IMG/VR virus record: IMGVR_UViG_3300032306_000439
Location: 34,639-98,638 of that record
DNA length: 64,000 bases
Strand: one strand, 5' to 3'
Source: a virus
Taxonomy: Duplodnaviria; Caudoviricetes
Positions 62,672-64,000 of the stretch are shown here, piece by piece. A program made the position numbers and the translations under genes. Each line of letters starts with the position of its first letter. Within the stretch, counting starts at the first letter, position 1. The notes under the pieces are model-generated. The model searched no databases. It worked only from the letters and a program-made list of their open reading frames with translations, and was not told the origin of the DNA.

Positions 62672-64000
62672 TTAGGCTAGCCCTGCTACAATATTCTTAA
62701 CTGGGTTATTGGGATTCTTCAGGAACCACTCAGGGGCATTCTTTGTGACCAACGGTGCTAGAGACGAAGCGGCTCCTAGAATATCACCAGGGTGCTTGCT
62801 CATGGCCTTGGCCCCCTCGGCCAACGTGCCTAGGCCACCGTACTGCGATACGCCAGATACCATCTGGGCTGGGCTAAGTATCTTGTCGGTTATCTGACGG
62901 CTATCCACAAGCTTCTGTATGGCTGGTCCTCTGGAGCTAGCGGCTGCTAGCATAGCTGATCCCCCCATATTCCGAAAGAAATCTCTTCTGGAAACTACTT
63001 CGTCCATTTTGTTGCCCGCCACAGACGCCACTTGACCGAGGGCGCTGCCTGGCTTCTGTCCTGCTAGGCCCACAGGTAGCTGCCGTGACTTTTGATATAA
63101 CCCGAGTCTTATAGCTAAGTCCCCTATAGCGTCTCGTCGCGTAATCTTCATCGGGGAGTCTGCCCCAGTGAATATGGACAAAGCTTTGCCCAAGACGCTG
63201 GGCCTGCGACCACCAGTAACAGCCTGTCCAGTAGTTGCGGCAGTCATACCAGCATTAGTTAAGGCGTCGCCTATAAATTCACGTCTGGTAGTAAGAGCCT
63301 TGCCGCTGGCCATTCTCTTAGTTAAGAAAGAAAAGGGGTTAAACCCTGCTTCTTTGGTATTGGATCCACGTACGGACAGGTCGTAGACGCCCGCAGTCTT
63401 GCGCAGGTCTTTAGCCACCGAAATCAGGCTAAAATCAGCTGCGGTTTTTTTGCCCGCTAATTCCTGCTCGAGATTCTTGAGGTGCTTTAGGGTGTCGCGG
63501 CTAAAAACAGCGAACCCAGGTATGACTTCGCCGGTATTAGTGACTATATCGTCATGGTCAGGAGATACTCTCTTCTCTCCGTCCCTTATAAGCTTCTTCA
63601 AGGGCACAAACTTGAGCTTGGTCAGAGCGTCTCCCTCTGACCCGTAGAGCTTGTTGTCCTTTTTGCCGACCTGAGCGACTATGGCGTGGGTCTTCTGGCC
63701 CTCGTACTGCCCTCTGCCCTTGCTCCGTGCTACTTCTTTGTACCATTCGGGCCAAGGAACCATTGAAGCCTCGTTGCCGAGGGTCTTGGGGCCCTTTATT
63801 TTGTATCCGGCCTCTTCTAGAGCCTCCCTTCGGGCTGCCTCGAAGATGTCTTGGCCTTCTTCTATGCCGCCGCCGGGGAACTGCCAGCCTTTGTCGGACC
63901 TGTTAGCTAGAACGTTGCCTTTGCCATCGTGTATAAACAGCTCTACACGAGGTCTGTACGTCTCTGAGGCCTTCTTGGCTCTCTTGCCAGTGAACGTACC
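62672..64000 (-). CDS. Nudix hydrolase-containing multi-module protein (5'-truncated by window end)
   Basis: Frame is open from 64000 and reads ...KKASETYRPRVELFIHDGKGNVL...WQFPGGGIEEGQDIFEAARREALEEAG (Nudix box), in frame with the 363-aa ORF. Confidence 0.82.
   Translation of the reverse strand, partial: GTFTGKRAKKASETYRPRVELFIHDGKGNVLANRSDKGWQFPGGGIEEGQDIFEAARREALEEAGYKIKGPKTLGNEASMVPWPEWYKEVARSKGRGQYEGQKTHAIVAQVGKKDNKLYGSEGDALTKLKFVPLKKLIRDGEKRVSPDHDDIVTNTGEVIPGFAVFSRDTLKHLKNLEQELAGKKTAADFSLISVAKDLRKTAGVYDLSVRGSNTKEAGFNPFSFLTKRMASGKALTTRREFIGDALTNAGMTAATTGQAVTGGRRPSVLGKALSIFTGADSPMKITRRDAIGDLAIRLGLYQKSRQLPVGLAGQKPGSALGQVASVAGNKMDEVVSRRDFFRNMGGSAMLAAASSRGPAIQKLVDSRQITDKILSPAQMVSGVSQYGGLGTLAEGAKAMSKHPGDILGAASSLAPLVTKNAPEWFLKNPNNPVKNIVAGLA

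Overview
A 64-kb segment of a large contractile-tailed (myovirus-like) phage genome. Codon usage suggests a GC-rich host. It carries a replication block (primase-helicase, family A DNA polymerase with an N-terminal UDG-like domain, DinG-like helicase, RuvC), a gpA-type large terminase, and a MoxR AAA+/vWA-metallopeptidase pair. It also has a retron-type reverse transcriptase operon, a long minus-strand baseplate/tail/tape-measure operon with an embedded sigma-70 factor, and lysis genes. A cluster of 10 tRNAs includes a tRNA-Ile2(CAU) split by an HNH-carrying group I intron next to tilS. The right end holds a collagen-like tail fibre and a family of putative head proteins sharing an identical 5' leader. 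Top finding: what looks like a distributed, multi-RNA retron-like system. Four tandem msr-msd-like ncRNA units fill 6580-7102 and a fifth homologous unit stands alone at 42624-42798. Each unit is closed by its own inverted repeat with an unpaired G opposite a G, and all share a G-N-W-A-C hairpin. The four array units also share an AAATWCG motif, and units 1-3 overlap their neighbours through shared arms. The only retron-type RT in the window (15582-16688, atypical YSDN motif) has no adjacent ncRNA. Two further unexplained structured RNAs lie in the tRNA cluster, one apparently a chain of H-type pseudoknots. All structures were read by eye; no folding or database search was run.
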